A DNA stretch of 64,000 nt from Candidatus Poribacteria bacterium (GTDB lineage Bacteria; Poribacteria; WGA-4E; PCPOR2b). Position numbers and translations under genes: made by a program. Below, in pieces: positions 20,145 to 28,899 of the stretch; position 1 is the stretch's first letter, and each line of letters begins with the position of its first letter. The notes beneath the pieces were generated by a model that was given only the letters and a program-made list of their open reading frames with translations, searched no databases and was not told the DNA's origin. The stretch spans positions 1,792,001 to 1,856,000 of the forward strand of contig OZ242351.1 in the NCBI GenBank assembly GCA_965208675.1, written 5' to 3'.

Positions 20145-20258
20145 TCAAAGATTCTGTTTTACCTCGCCCCAACGCTTTATCCTTCCCGCTTTCAGTTTTT
20201 TCGTCGAGAGTTGTTTGATTAACTCAATTGCTTGCTGTTGTAGGTCTGCTTTCCGCAC
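20145..20258 (-). pseudogene. 37-aa antitoxin-like remnant
   Basis: AAGGAG RBS + GTG; MRKADLQQQAIELIKQLSTKKLKAGRIKRWGEVKQNL resembles the N- and C-termini of small type II antitoxins with the middle missing; no toxin follows. Confidence 0.4.
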
Positions 20259-20288
20259 GGTATTCTCCTTTCGTTCTGTTTGCTGTGC

Positions 20289-20382
20289 ATTGTCTGAATC
20301 ACGGTGTGGCGCGGATAAAAGGATTACAGGGATTAAAGGTGCTATATTCACCAACTGCGATTGGCTTCGCGATTCTGACAAT
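20289..20382. repeat. Short MITE-like element with terminal inverted repeats
   Basis: ATTGTCTGAATC ... GATTCTGACAAT (11/12 complementary) enclosing GGATT sub-repeats. Confidence 0.65.
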
Positions 20383-20390
20383 TTCAGTCC

Positions 20391-20807
20391 TCAGTTAAAC
20401 GGATCTAATGTCACCTCAAATGGTTCATGCGGCTGTCGCTGAATCCATGATTGCAAATGTTCGGCAATTATTTCCACATCGGTTATCGTCCCATCCGCAA
20501 TCTTGAAGCCAAGTTCAATAATCAAATCATCAATGTTGAGACTAGGGGCAGAACCGTTCAAAACTAAAAACCAGAGCGCGCAGGTCAGACCAATTCGCTT
20601 ATTCCCGTCTAAAAACATATGTCTAGTAATAATGTGATGGGCATATACAGCAGCCTTTCGGGGCAACGTCGGAAACAGTTCTGAATCACCTAATTTTTCA
20701 CCGACTATTTCAACCAAATAGTGTAACTGATTTTCATTCAACAACTGATAACTATCCACCTGCCCCTTAGCAACCCTCAGAATGTCCTCAATTGTCAAAT
20801 ACTTCAC
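20391..20807 (-). CDS. doc: Fic/Doc family toxin (death-on-curing type)
   Basis: HMFLDGNKRIG Doc motif, LFPTLPRKAAVY; GTG start (MKYLTIEDIL) overlaps the upstream TGA as GTGA. Confidence 0.88.
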   Translation of the reverse strand: MKYLTIEDILRVAKGQVDSYQLLNENQLHYLVEIVGEKLGDSELFPTLPRKAAVYAHHIITRHMFLDGNKRIGLTCALWFLVLNGSAPSLNIDDLIIELGFKIADGTITDVEIIAEHLQSWIQRQPHEPFEVTLDPFN

Positions 20808-22672
20808 GGTTTTGCTAGAGTTTTCCATGCTCGATCGTAGTTTCTTATTATCTCGTCCAAGTCGACTTCAGCATCGCTCACCGATTCGTGAGTGGCTTCT
20901 CCATTTCTTTCTTTTCGCATGGCAATTATCTGGGGTGTTAACATTGCGGCGATGTCGGCGGGTAATTGAATTCCTGTTATCTGCTCAAAACTTTCAACGC
21001 TTCCGTAATCGTTACGAAATGCAGCGATAATGTTTATCCCCATGTCTCTGGCATTCATTAGGTCTGATGTGGCTTTTTCCCACTCTCTTAGGTGTAGCCA
21101 TGCCTCACCACGATTGTAATAGGCCTCGGCATAATCAAGTTTGAGTGCTATCGCTTTGGTACAATCGTTGATGACGTGCTTATAATCGCCTTTTTTAAGG
21201 TATGCATTGCTGCGATTGTAATAGGCACTAGCATAATCGGGTTTGAGTTGTATCGCTTTGGCATACTCCGCTATCGCACGGTCAATATCACCTTTTGTCT
21301 CGTAAACAATACCGAGATTGGTATAGACTTCCACCAAATTTGGAGTCAATTGTATTGCCATATTCAAATCTTCAATCGCACGGTTAAAATTGCCCTTTAC
21401 GCAATAAACTATTCCACGCCCGCAATAGGCTTCAGCATGATTAGCGTTGAATTGTATAGCAGTGTCATAGTTTTCGATGGCGCGGTCAAGATTGCCCTTA
21501 TACATATAAGCATTACCGCGACTACTATAGGCTTTGGCAGAATCGGGTTTCAGTTCTATGGCTTTGTCGTGGTCTTGAATGGCACGGTTATAATTGCCCT
21601 TATACGCATAAGCATTACCACGATTGCTATAGGCTTCGACCGAATCGGGATTGAGTTCTATCGCTTTGTTAAAGTTATCAATCGCCTTGTCAAAATCACC
21701 TTGTTCCCCGTAAACTATACCACGACCATTGTAAGCATCAGCAAAATCCGGTTTCCAGTCTATCGCTTCGTTAAAATGATAGATGGCAGAGTCAAAATCT
21801 TCTAACATGGAATGAGCTCTACCACAGTTAATATGTGCCATGACAAGATTCGGCATTAGCTCTAGTGTAGCTCTATAATGATTAACAGCTTTTTTATAGG
21901 CATCATGCCTTCCTTGCAAGGTTTCTGCTGTGGATCCTTGCTCTTCATACTCACGTGCAATATAAAACTCGACAAAGGCACTCCGATATCGACTCTGCAT
22001 TGTGATAAAACCATGAAGATCGTTGTAGATTGTTTCTGTAGTTATAGGAGAATCTTGCCTCATCAGATACTTTAGAATAGGCACCTTGAGGGTTTTTGGA
22101 ATACAGATAACCTGGTCAGCATCTGGCTTAATAAAGCCATTAGGTGGTTGAACGAATACGCTCTTTTGAGCTTCAACGCGATGCTTAGGTTCGGTCGGCT
22201 CCCAAATTGTACCTGCTATTGCTCCGCGATCTTGTACGATAATTCTACCATCTTTGTTGTAGTGACCGTCACAAGCAAAGAAGAGGGCTACGCGATAGTC
22301 TGTTGTAAAGTCTATTAGGTTGGTTTCTCCACCCCAGTGTTGGATTTCGGCTAGAATTTCAAACTGTCTCTCTGTATACTCGAAGGGGTTGTAGTCACCA
22401 CTCCATAGGAAATAAGACCTCTGGCTTTGGCTGGGCCCGAGTCTATTGATATCGTACTCTTCAGCCTGAGTCAGTATCTGCTTTTGGATTCTCGTCATAC
22501 CGACTTTCGCAACTGGTTGGCATTCACGCCAGAGACTAGAGGAGACTTCCAGATAACATTCAGGTTCACCTCGGAAGATGTAGGTGCCATCTGCCGATTT
22601 CTCCTTTATATCGTCGATGACGTCCTGAACTGTGCGTGGCGTATCATTTGAGGTGTTGGATTGATTTGACAT
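20804..22672 (-). CDS. FRG domain + TPR repeat protein with antitoxin-like C-terminal tail
   Basis: YIFRGE, QHWGGETNLIDFT...ALFFAC, RVEAQKSVF (FRG); about 9 34-aa TPRs (AYxNRG); tail DLDEIIRNYDRAWKTLAKP; GGAGGAG RBS. Confidence 0.85.
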   Translation of the reverse strand: MSNQSNTSNDTPRTVQDVIDDIKEKSADGTYIFRGEPECYLEVSSSLWRECQPVAKVGMTRIQKQILTQAEEYDINRLGPSQSQRSYFLWSGDYNPFEYTERQFEILAEIQHWGGETNLIDFTTDYRVALFFACDGHYNKDGRIIVQDRGAIAGTIWEPTEPKHRVEAQKSVFVQPPNGFIKPDADQVICIPKTLKVPILKYLMRQDSPITTETIYNDLHGFITMQSRYRSAFVEFYIAREYEEQGSTAETLQGRHDAYKKAVNHYRATLELMPNLVMAHINCGRAHSMLEDFDSAIYHFNEAIDWKPDFADAYNGRGIVYGEQGDFDKAIDNFNKAIELNPDSVEAYSNRGNAYAYKGNYNRAIQDHDKAIELKPDSAKAYSSRGNAYMYKGNLDRAIENYDTAIQFNANHAEAYCGRGIVYCVKGNFNRAIEDLNMAIQLTPNLVEVYTNLGIVYETKGDIDRAIAEYAKAIQLKPDYASAYYNRSNAYLKKGDYKHVINDCTKAIALKLDYAEAYYNRGEAWLHLREWEKATSDLMNARDMGINIIAAFRNDYGSVESFEQITGIQLPADIAAMLTPQIIAMRKERNGEATHESVSDAEVDLDEIIRNYDRAWKTLAKP

Positions 22673-22709
22673 TTTTATTCATTCTCCTCCATTATTGTAA
22701 TTTTTTTAC

Positions 22710-22845
22710 TATCAGAATCGCAGATTATCGCGGATTCAGGGATTATACGGATTCAAAAATCCGCGCTATCTGCGTAATCCTCCCCGATTTTATCCCCGAT
22801 ACATCGGGACAGGCGGGATGTGCCACTTAATCCTTGATTCAGACA
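22710..22845. repeat. MITE-like palindromic element that supplies the stop codon of the methyltransferase gene
   Basis: TATCAGAATC...GATTCAGACA termini, internal GGATT/AATCC inverted arms; the TGA of the 22839 gene lies inside the terminus. Confidence 0.7.
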
Positions 22846-25800
22846 TTTTCCGTTCCTTCCACAATTTTAATTTCTTCAGGGGTAAGCCTGTATAATAAGT
22901 ATACTATCTGATCAATCTCATATTCAAGTTCGCTTACATCTGCCTCTGGGTTGGCGTGTTTGGTATCAAGGATTTGGTTGACACGTTTGGAAATCCCTTC
23001 ATCCTCTGGCTGGTCAGGGATTGCAATCGGCGAAATGTACATTGGTTTGAATTCCAAAAAGTCGCCCTGCCGTTCCGCGGCACTTTGCGATACCAAATAC
23101 TGAGTGATTCGAGAATTCATGAGGCCAAGTATATAAGCACTATTAGAAACCATCATTGTTGCTGGTGCGCTCAGATAGACATTGGGACACGAGAAAGCAA
23201 ACTTGGGGTTCTTTGCCAAATTTCCCCAAACTATCGTCGGTTCCTGAAATTCCTTCCAATACGCACACGCGCGCAACTCCCAGAAGTATTTCCCCTGATC
23301 ATACCGCTCAATTAGGCGGTCTCGAAAGGTTTGTAGGTGGGCGTAGATTGCGGGGTAGGTATCGGCGAAAATCGCCTCCGCTTCTACGGCAGATTCTACC
23401 GACCACGGATGTGACCGATTTTCCGACGATTCAATTTTTATGAGGTACTGCTCGGCGAAATTCACGCTCCAGCGTTTCACATCCCGTCCGCGCAAAAGCG
23501 GTTTCATCACTTCAGCCGAGGCGGTGTGTTCTGCAATGAGTTGATTCCGCGTCGCTTGGTCCACGACAAATGCTTCGTTCAAACCTGTCAGGACGCCTCG
23601 ATAAAAACGTCCTTTGACATATGCCCCCAACGGTTTACCCGCGTTGCGGAGTTTCTTCAGCAAATTCAACGTTGCTGGGGAAGTGAGTCGCCAACCATCA
23701 GCAGTAAGAGCATTTTGGGGCATGGTGAACCCCTTCGTTTGAAAAATCGTCCCGAATTCGTCAATGGAGGGCCCCGGCTCCCAATTCAAGGCACGGAGAT
23801 GGTTGTCTTGGGCATGGGTCTTGGACGCTGTGATAATACTCGGATACGCAATGGATGTAAAAACAGGAGCATCACCAAAGTCAATGAGTTGAGACAGGGT
23901 GTACTGACGGGCGAGGAAATCTCGAAGTTTCTTTCCGTAGGCGGACCGGAAGTATTTGTTTGAGGAGATGTAGGTTAAAACACCATTGTCCCGGAGCAAT
24001 TGGAAACCGCGCTCATAAAAGTAGACGTAGAGATCTGCTGTGCCGGTATAACAGTTATATTGATCTTTCAGCGTTGGCTTAAGTTCTTTAATTTTTTCTT
24101 GGCGGACATACGGCGGATTACCAATCACCACATCAAACCCATCTGTGACCCCAAACATCCATTCCGAATCAAACCAATCTGCACTTGCGTTCTGGTCGTA
24201 GGGGTCCCAATGGGCAATTTTCTCCGCATCATCGGGGGGCATCCCAATATCCTTTAATTCCTTCGCCAACCCCCGCCGCAACTTCTTGTCTTCTCGTTTA
24301 CACGCCAGTTTCTGCGGGCGCGTCGTTGCGTGGAAATGCCGCTCGCGGTTATCGCCCAATTCTCGCTCTAAATCCCTCGCTTTGGGACTGGTCAGGGTTC
24401 GCTCCTCTTCAAGACCGATGAGTGTGTTTACCGCGATAAAGCGTGTCTCCAGATTCGGCAGCGGCTTAATCCCAAAGTTGTCTGCATCTCTATCCGGCTC
24501 TTGCTCAATGGCAAGGGAGATAAAGAAGCGGAGTTTAGCGATTTGGCAGGCGATGGATTGAATGTCCACACCGAAGATACTGTTTTGGATTAGGTATAGT
24601 TTTCGCCCAAAGTTGCCCGAATAATTTTCAAAGATTCTGCTAATTTCTTTGAGCTCTTCGTCGCGTGTCTCTCTATCCTTTGTATCAAACGCATCCGCTG
24701 CCCGTTGGATGGCGCGTTCTTTCTGTAGCTGCTCCCACCGGGTATTATCCGGATCAAGCCGCCGCAGTGCGAGGGTCAGTTTGTGCAGAGCACCCATTGG
24801 AAACGCACCCGACCCCACCGCCGGATCCAGTATTTTCAACTCTGAAATGGTCCGCACAATCCGGTCCGTCTCATCGTCATCAAACCATTCGCTTGCATTG
24901 TCGCATACCTTTGCATAATCGAACAGATAACGTAATTCCTCCCACAACTCCGTATCGCCATCCGTGGGCTGCACCTCTCCTGCTAGTGCCGCCACCAATG
25001 CCTCCTCCACCATGTAGTCCACGATGGGGCGTGGGGTGTAATAAGAACCTGTCTGCCTCCGTGCCGTTGTGCCGGTTTCGGGGTTATAGGCGGCGAGCAG
25101 ATTTTCAAACACCTTGCCGAGCAGCTCTGGATCTAACGCAACCTCCTGCTCTATCGGTGTGTTTTCCTCAACGGTGAACTTGTAGTGTTCTAGGAGAGGA
25201 ATCAAACCACGGTCCCTATCAAAGAAGAGACGGTTGGGAACCGTCAACTTATTGTAATGCACATCAGAAAAGCAATCAATACGGTAACCACCATCCCCTG
25301 TTGCTTCCTCGCTGTCAAGACAGTCAAACAACCCGCCGTTGATGAACGGCGTTTGGGTGAATAATTCCAGCAGTTTATCGGGATGACTGATTTGGCTTTT
25401 GTAACGATAGCGTGAAAAGTTGCGGTGCGTAGTGTTTTTCTCTGTGCTAAACTGACGCTTCTCTATCTCAGTGTTCAGCGTAGCGAAAAACAGGTTCTGT
25501 AGCACCGTACGGTAGTAGGAATCGCCGGTATCCCGGCTGTAATCCTTCAACAGATAGGCAACTTCCGTTTCATCGAAAAGTTCGTCCGCAATCAACCCCT
25601 TCTCTTTAATGAACCATACGAAAAGCAAGCGCGTGATTAAGCGGATGATATGCTGTTCGGGTTGCAATACCCGCTTCTCTTTAAGGGGAAATCTTGACTC
25701 CTCGACCGCACAAACAAACCAGTTGAACAACTTCTGGTAAAACTGCTTGTTGAGCAATTCGGTATCAAGCGTGTTTTTCCACGCCTCATGCAGCGCCGGG

Positions 25801-26417
25801 AAATCCGTGAAACCATGCTGGCGGTGCAGTTCACCGAGCGAAAGGTCGAACAAGATGTCGATGTGGGCGCGGTGTGGGTTGGCGAAGACGATGTCTTTGA
25901 TGAGCGTCACTTTTTCGAGGACATCTTTGGATTCGTCGCGCTTGTGCAACCGACGGTCGATTACGGCGAACGTGAGCGCATCGCCATGTTGGAACATGAC
26001 CATAGCGGGTATCATGAGCAGATTGTTGATTTCGCGGACGATGTCGGATAGTTGGGTGCGGGTGTAGCCGCGATGTTGTAGCTTTAGAGCGAAGAAGAGG
26101 TAGGATTCATAGCGGTTCTGATCGACGCCACTGCCCTCGAAGCGAAAGGAAGTCTGAGCGCTCTGTATGATTTCGTCGTCTGTCAGTTGAAACAGGAAGT
26201 CGATGGACGCCCACTCACTCAACAGCCCGCGTTCCCGGTTCATCGTATTTTGCCGGTCGAAATGCTCAACAAATCCATCGGCGGTGTTTGGTTCGAGGGA
26301 TAGTGTCCTTTGGCTGCGGTAGCCGAGGGTGTTGAGGAGATGGAGGGCGTTTTCGGCAATATTCTCATCGGTGAAGCGTTGTAGGGCGCTCTTGATATCG
26401 TCTTTGGATAAGTTCAT
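22839..26417 (-). CDS. Type IIG/Eco57I-like N6-adenine restriction-modification enzyme with TaqI-C-like TRD
   Basis: GSYYTP, ILDPAVGSGAF, GVDIQ, FDVVIGNPPYV, ADLYVYFYE, PLLRGRDVKRW; start MNLSK chosen because the ORF-track extension runs through a REP. Confidence 0.88.
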   Translation of the reverse strand: MNLSKDDIKSALQRFTDENIAENALHLLNTLGYRSQRTLSLEPNTADGFVEHFDRQNTMNRERGLLSEWASIDFLFQLTDDEIIQSAQTSFRFEGSGVDQNRYESYLFFALKLQHRGYTRTQLSDIVREINNLLMIPAMVMFQHGDALTFAVIDRRLHKRDESKDVLEKVTLIKDIVFANPHRAHIDILFDLSLGELHRQHGFTDFPALHEAWKNTLDTELLNKQFYQKLFNWFVCAVEESRFPLKEKRVLQPEQHIIRLITRLLFVWFIKEKGLIADELFDETEVAYLLKDYSRDTGDSYYRTVLQNLFFATLNTEIEKRQFSTEKNTTHRNFSRYRYKSQISHPDKLLELFTQTPFINGGLFDCLDSEEATGDGGYRIDCFSDVHYNKLTVPNRLFFDRDRGLIPLLEHYKFTVEENTPIEQEVALDPELLGKVFENLLAAYNPETGTTARRQTGSYYTPRPIVDYMVEEALVAALAGEVQPTDGDTELWEELRYLFDYAKVCDNASEWFDDDETDRIVRTISELKILDPAVGSGAFPMGALHKLTLALRRLDPDNTRWEQLQKERAIQRAADAFDTKDRETRDEELKEISRIFENYSGNFGRKLYLIQNSIFGVDIQSIACQIAKLRFFISLAIEQEPDRDADNFGIKPLPNLETRFIAVNTLIGLEEERTLTSPKARDLERELGDNRERHFHATTRPQKLACKREDKKLRRGLAKELKDIGMPPDDAEKIAHWDPYDQNASADWFDSEWMFGVTDGFDVVIGNPPYVRQEKIKELKPTLKDQYNCYTGTADLYVYFYERGFQLLRDNGVLTYISSNKYFRSAYGKKLRDFLARQYTLSQLIDFGDAPVFTSIAYPSIITASKTHAQDNHLRALNWEPGPSIDEFGTIFQTKGFTMPQNALTADGWRLTSPATLNLLKKLRNAGKPLGAYVKGRFYRGVLTGLNEAFVVDQATRNQLIAEHTASAEVMKPLLRGRDVKRWSVNFAEQYLIKIESSENRSHPWSVESAVEAEAIFADTYPAIYAHLQTFRDRLIERYDQGKYFWELRACAYWKEFQEPTIVWGNLAKNPKFAFSCPNVYLSAPATMMVSNSAYILGLMNSRITQYLVSQSAAERQGDFLEFKPMYISPIAIPDQPEDEGISKRVNQILDTKHANPEADVSELEYEIDQIVYLLYRLTPEEIKIVEGTENV

Positions 26418-26437
26418 CCTTCTATTCTCGGAAGTGC

Positions 26438-26510
26438 TGTGGGGGCAGGTACAAGACCTGCCCCCACATTTGAACAATTCGTGTAGGGGCAACCCTTATG
26501 GTTGCCTTGT
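26438..26510. repeat. Pair of GTAG/GTGG REP-like palindromes
   Basis: GTGGGGGCAGGT-ACAAG-ACCTGCCCCCAC and GTAGGGGCAACC-CTTAT-GGTTGCC. Confidence 0.7.
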
Positions 26511-26555
26511 AATCTTTTTCGGGGTAATCGTCAGTAGGATTTTATCGGCGGGACG

Positions 26556-27911
26556 TTAGGGCAGCAGAGATTCAGGAGCTTCGATTAGGCTTCGTAAATC
26601 GCCGAGGAATCGGGCGCAGGGCGCGCCGTCTATTGCACGGTGATCAAAGGTGAGAACCAGCGTTGCGCGGTCCCGTGCTACGATTGACTCGCCCTCAAAC
26701 ACCGCAACGCGGCGAACACGGCCGACGCCCAGAATAGCGCACTGCGGCGGGTTGAGGACAGGCGTAAACCAATCGACGCCCAATCCGCCGAGATTCGTGA
26801 CGGTAAAGGTACCATCCGCAAAGTCATTGGGCGCCAGTTTTCCGGTTCTAGCGCGCTCTGCGAGTTCCCGGACGCTGCTCGCAATCTTTACGACGTCGAG
26901 GTTGCCAGCGCCGCGAATTACAGGTACAACCAATCCGGCTTCAACGTCAATGGCGACCCCCAAGTTGATGTCGTGGTATTGGTGTATCGCGCCGTCAATA
27001 AGTGCTGCGTTAAGCTGGGGATGGAGTTTCAACGCTTCGACAGTGGCTTTCAATACGAAGTCGTTGATTGTCAGGGCGGCGCCGTACGCGTCGCGCCACA
27101 CGTCCGAATGGGCTGCCCGTGCGGATTGGATGGCGCTGAAATCCACTTCGATGCCTTCGGTGACGTGGGGCGCTTCAGACCAGTTTTTACCTAACCGTTC
27201 GGCGGTGGTACGCCGGATGCCTGCCAGCGGAATAACATCAACGCCATGGGTCGGAGGTTCGTCGACCGGCTTAGCCGCCTTGGGAGCGCCCGCATCTATT
27301 GCGCGCTGCACGTCTTCCTTAGTCACTCGTCCACCCGGACCCGTTCCACCCAACGCTCCTGCGTCAATGCCGTGCCGGTCTGCCAGCCGCTGCGCGACCG
27401 GCGTAACGCGAGACCGCACAGGGCGGTCCGCATCCGTGGGCTTAACCGCAGTTTGATCGGCTGTTTCCTTCACAGTGGGCACGCCAGAATCAATCGCACG
27501 CTGCACGTCTTCCTTAGTCACTCGTCCGCCCGGACCCGTTCCACCCAACGCTCCTGCGTCAATGCCGTGCCGGTCTGCCAGCCGCTGCGCGACCGGTGTA
27601 ACGTTCGACGCAGCTTGCCGATCGGCGACGGGCGCCTTGGGTTGCTCGACGGATTCTTCCGGCACCTTCTCACCTGCCTCGCCAATCCAAGCCAAGGTAT
27701 CACCGACGTCATATTCACGCTCGACCTCACCGACGAGCCTCAACAACACACCGCTGACAGGGGATTCAACATCGACAACAGCTTTGTCGGTCTCAATTGA
27801 CACGAGCAACTGTCCTTCCTCAATTGCGGCGCCCTCTGTTGCATGCCACTCGACGATACGCCCGGTATCCATGGTGTGGCCGAGCGCTGCTAAACGGAAC
27901 TGTATCGCCAT
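26556..27911 (-). CDS. Dihydrolipoamide acyltransferase (E2) with two peripheral subunit-binding domains
   Basis: Lipoyl motif ETDKA, two GTGPGGRVTKEDV, catalytic TFDHRAIDGA. Confidence 0.92.
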   Translation of the reverse strand: MAIQFRLAALGHTMDTGRIVEWHATEGAAIEEGQLLVSIETDKAVVDVESPVSGVLLRLVGEVEREYDVGDTLAWIGEAGEKVPEESVEQPKAPVADRQAASNVTPVAQRLADRHGIDAGALGGTGPGGRVTKEDVQRAIDSGVPTVKETADQTAVKPTDADRPVRSRVTPVAQRLADRHGIDAGALGGTGPGGRVTKEDVQRAIDAGAPKAAKPVDEPPTHGVDVIPLAGIRRTTAERLGKNWSEAPHVTEGIEVDFSAIQSARAAHSDVWRDAYGAALTINDFVLKATVEALKLHPQLNAALIDGAIHQYHDINLGVAIDVEAGLVVPVIRGAGNLDVVKIASSVRELAERARTGKLAPNDFADGTFTVTNLGGLGVDWFTPVLNPPQCAILGVGRVRRVAVFEGESIVARDRATLVLTFDHRAIDGAPCARFLGDLRSLIEAPESLLP

Positions 27912-27927
27912 GAATCTCCCCTTCTCG

Positions 27928-28899
27928 CTAGGACATTACCTGCTCAACGGCTGCGGTGATATTCGGAACCTCAGGAACAACATGCTTGACAAGCGCGGCA
28001 CTGAACGGCATCGGTACGTGCGGGCTGCCAACCCGAACAACCGGCGCCTTTAAATCCCCGAAACAGTTTTCGCCAATCATCGCGGCAATCTCGGAAACTG
28101 AGCCCGCAAAGCTGGAATCCTCGCCGCAGACTACGGCTCGACCGGTCCGCCGCACCGACTCGCAAATCGTTTCGGTATCGAGCGGTGATAGGGTTCTCGG
28201 ATCAACGACCTCCACATCGTAGCCTTCATCTTCCAACAGCACCGCAGCTTCCAGCGACTTTTGTACCATTGGACCGACAGCGACGATGGTCGCGTCCTCG
28301 CCATCCCGCTTTATATCTGCCTGGCCGAACGGGATGGTGTACTCCCCCTCCGGCACCTCACCCTTAGAAGTGTACGTGCGCTTGTATTCGAAAAATAGCA
28401 CAGGATCCGGACTGCGCACGGCGGTCTTTAGCAAGCCCTTGCCGTCGCTCGGCGTTGACGGAACAGCAACCTGCACACCGGGAACGTGCATAAACCAGGA
28501 TTCCATAATTTGTGAGTGCTGCGCCGCTAGCAGCCGGCCGGCACCGCACGGTAGGCGAATGACCATCGGGACGTTTGCCTGACCGCCGGTCATGTAGCGC
28601 ATCTTGGCTGCTTGGTTGACTACTTCGTCCATAGCGCACGTAATGAAATCTAGGTACATAATCTCCACAACCGGGTGCATGCCAGCCATCGCTGCACCGA
28701 CGCCTACACCGACAATTCCTGCCTCTGCGATTGGAGTCTCGAAGATGCGCCCGGGAAATCGTTCTGCGATGCCTTGTGTAACCTTGTACGGACCGCCGTG
28801 CGTAATTACATCCTCGCCCATGACAAACACGGTGTCGTCACGTTCCATCTCCTCGTGCAGCGCCTCTCGCAACGCCTCGCCGAAAGTGATTGTTCTCAT
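27928..28899 (-). CDS. TPP-dependent 2-oxoacid/acetoin dehydrogenase E1 beta
   Basis: MGEDV, TPIAEAG, AAQHSQ, VVDPRTLSPLD. Confidence 0.92.
   Translation of the reverse strand: MRTITFGEALREALHEEMERDDTVFVMGEDVITHGGPYKVTQGIAERFPGRIFETPIAEAGIVGVGVGAAMAGMHPVVEIMYLDFITCAMDEVVNQAAKMRYMTGGQANVPMVIRLPCGAGRLLAAQHSQIMESWFMHVPGVQVAVPSTPSDGKGLLKTAVRSPDPVLFFEYKRTYTSKGEVPEGEYTIPFGQADIKRDGEDATIVAVGPMVQKSLEAAVLLEDEGYDVEVVDPRTLSPLDTETICESVRRTGRAVVCGEDSSFAGSVSEIAAMIGENCFGDLKAPVVRVGSPHVPMPFSAALVKHVVPEVPNITAAVEQVMS

Noticed and set aside
21080-21900. 102-nt periodicity and antisense ORF 21176..21805
   Set aside because: Explained by the 34-aa TPR repeats on the minus strand
26418-26492. N-terminal extension of the methyltransferase in the ORF track
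   Set aside because: It runs through REP palindromes; ATG 26417 is the more plausible start
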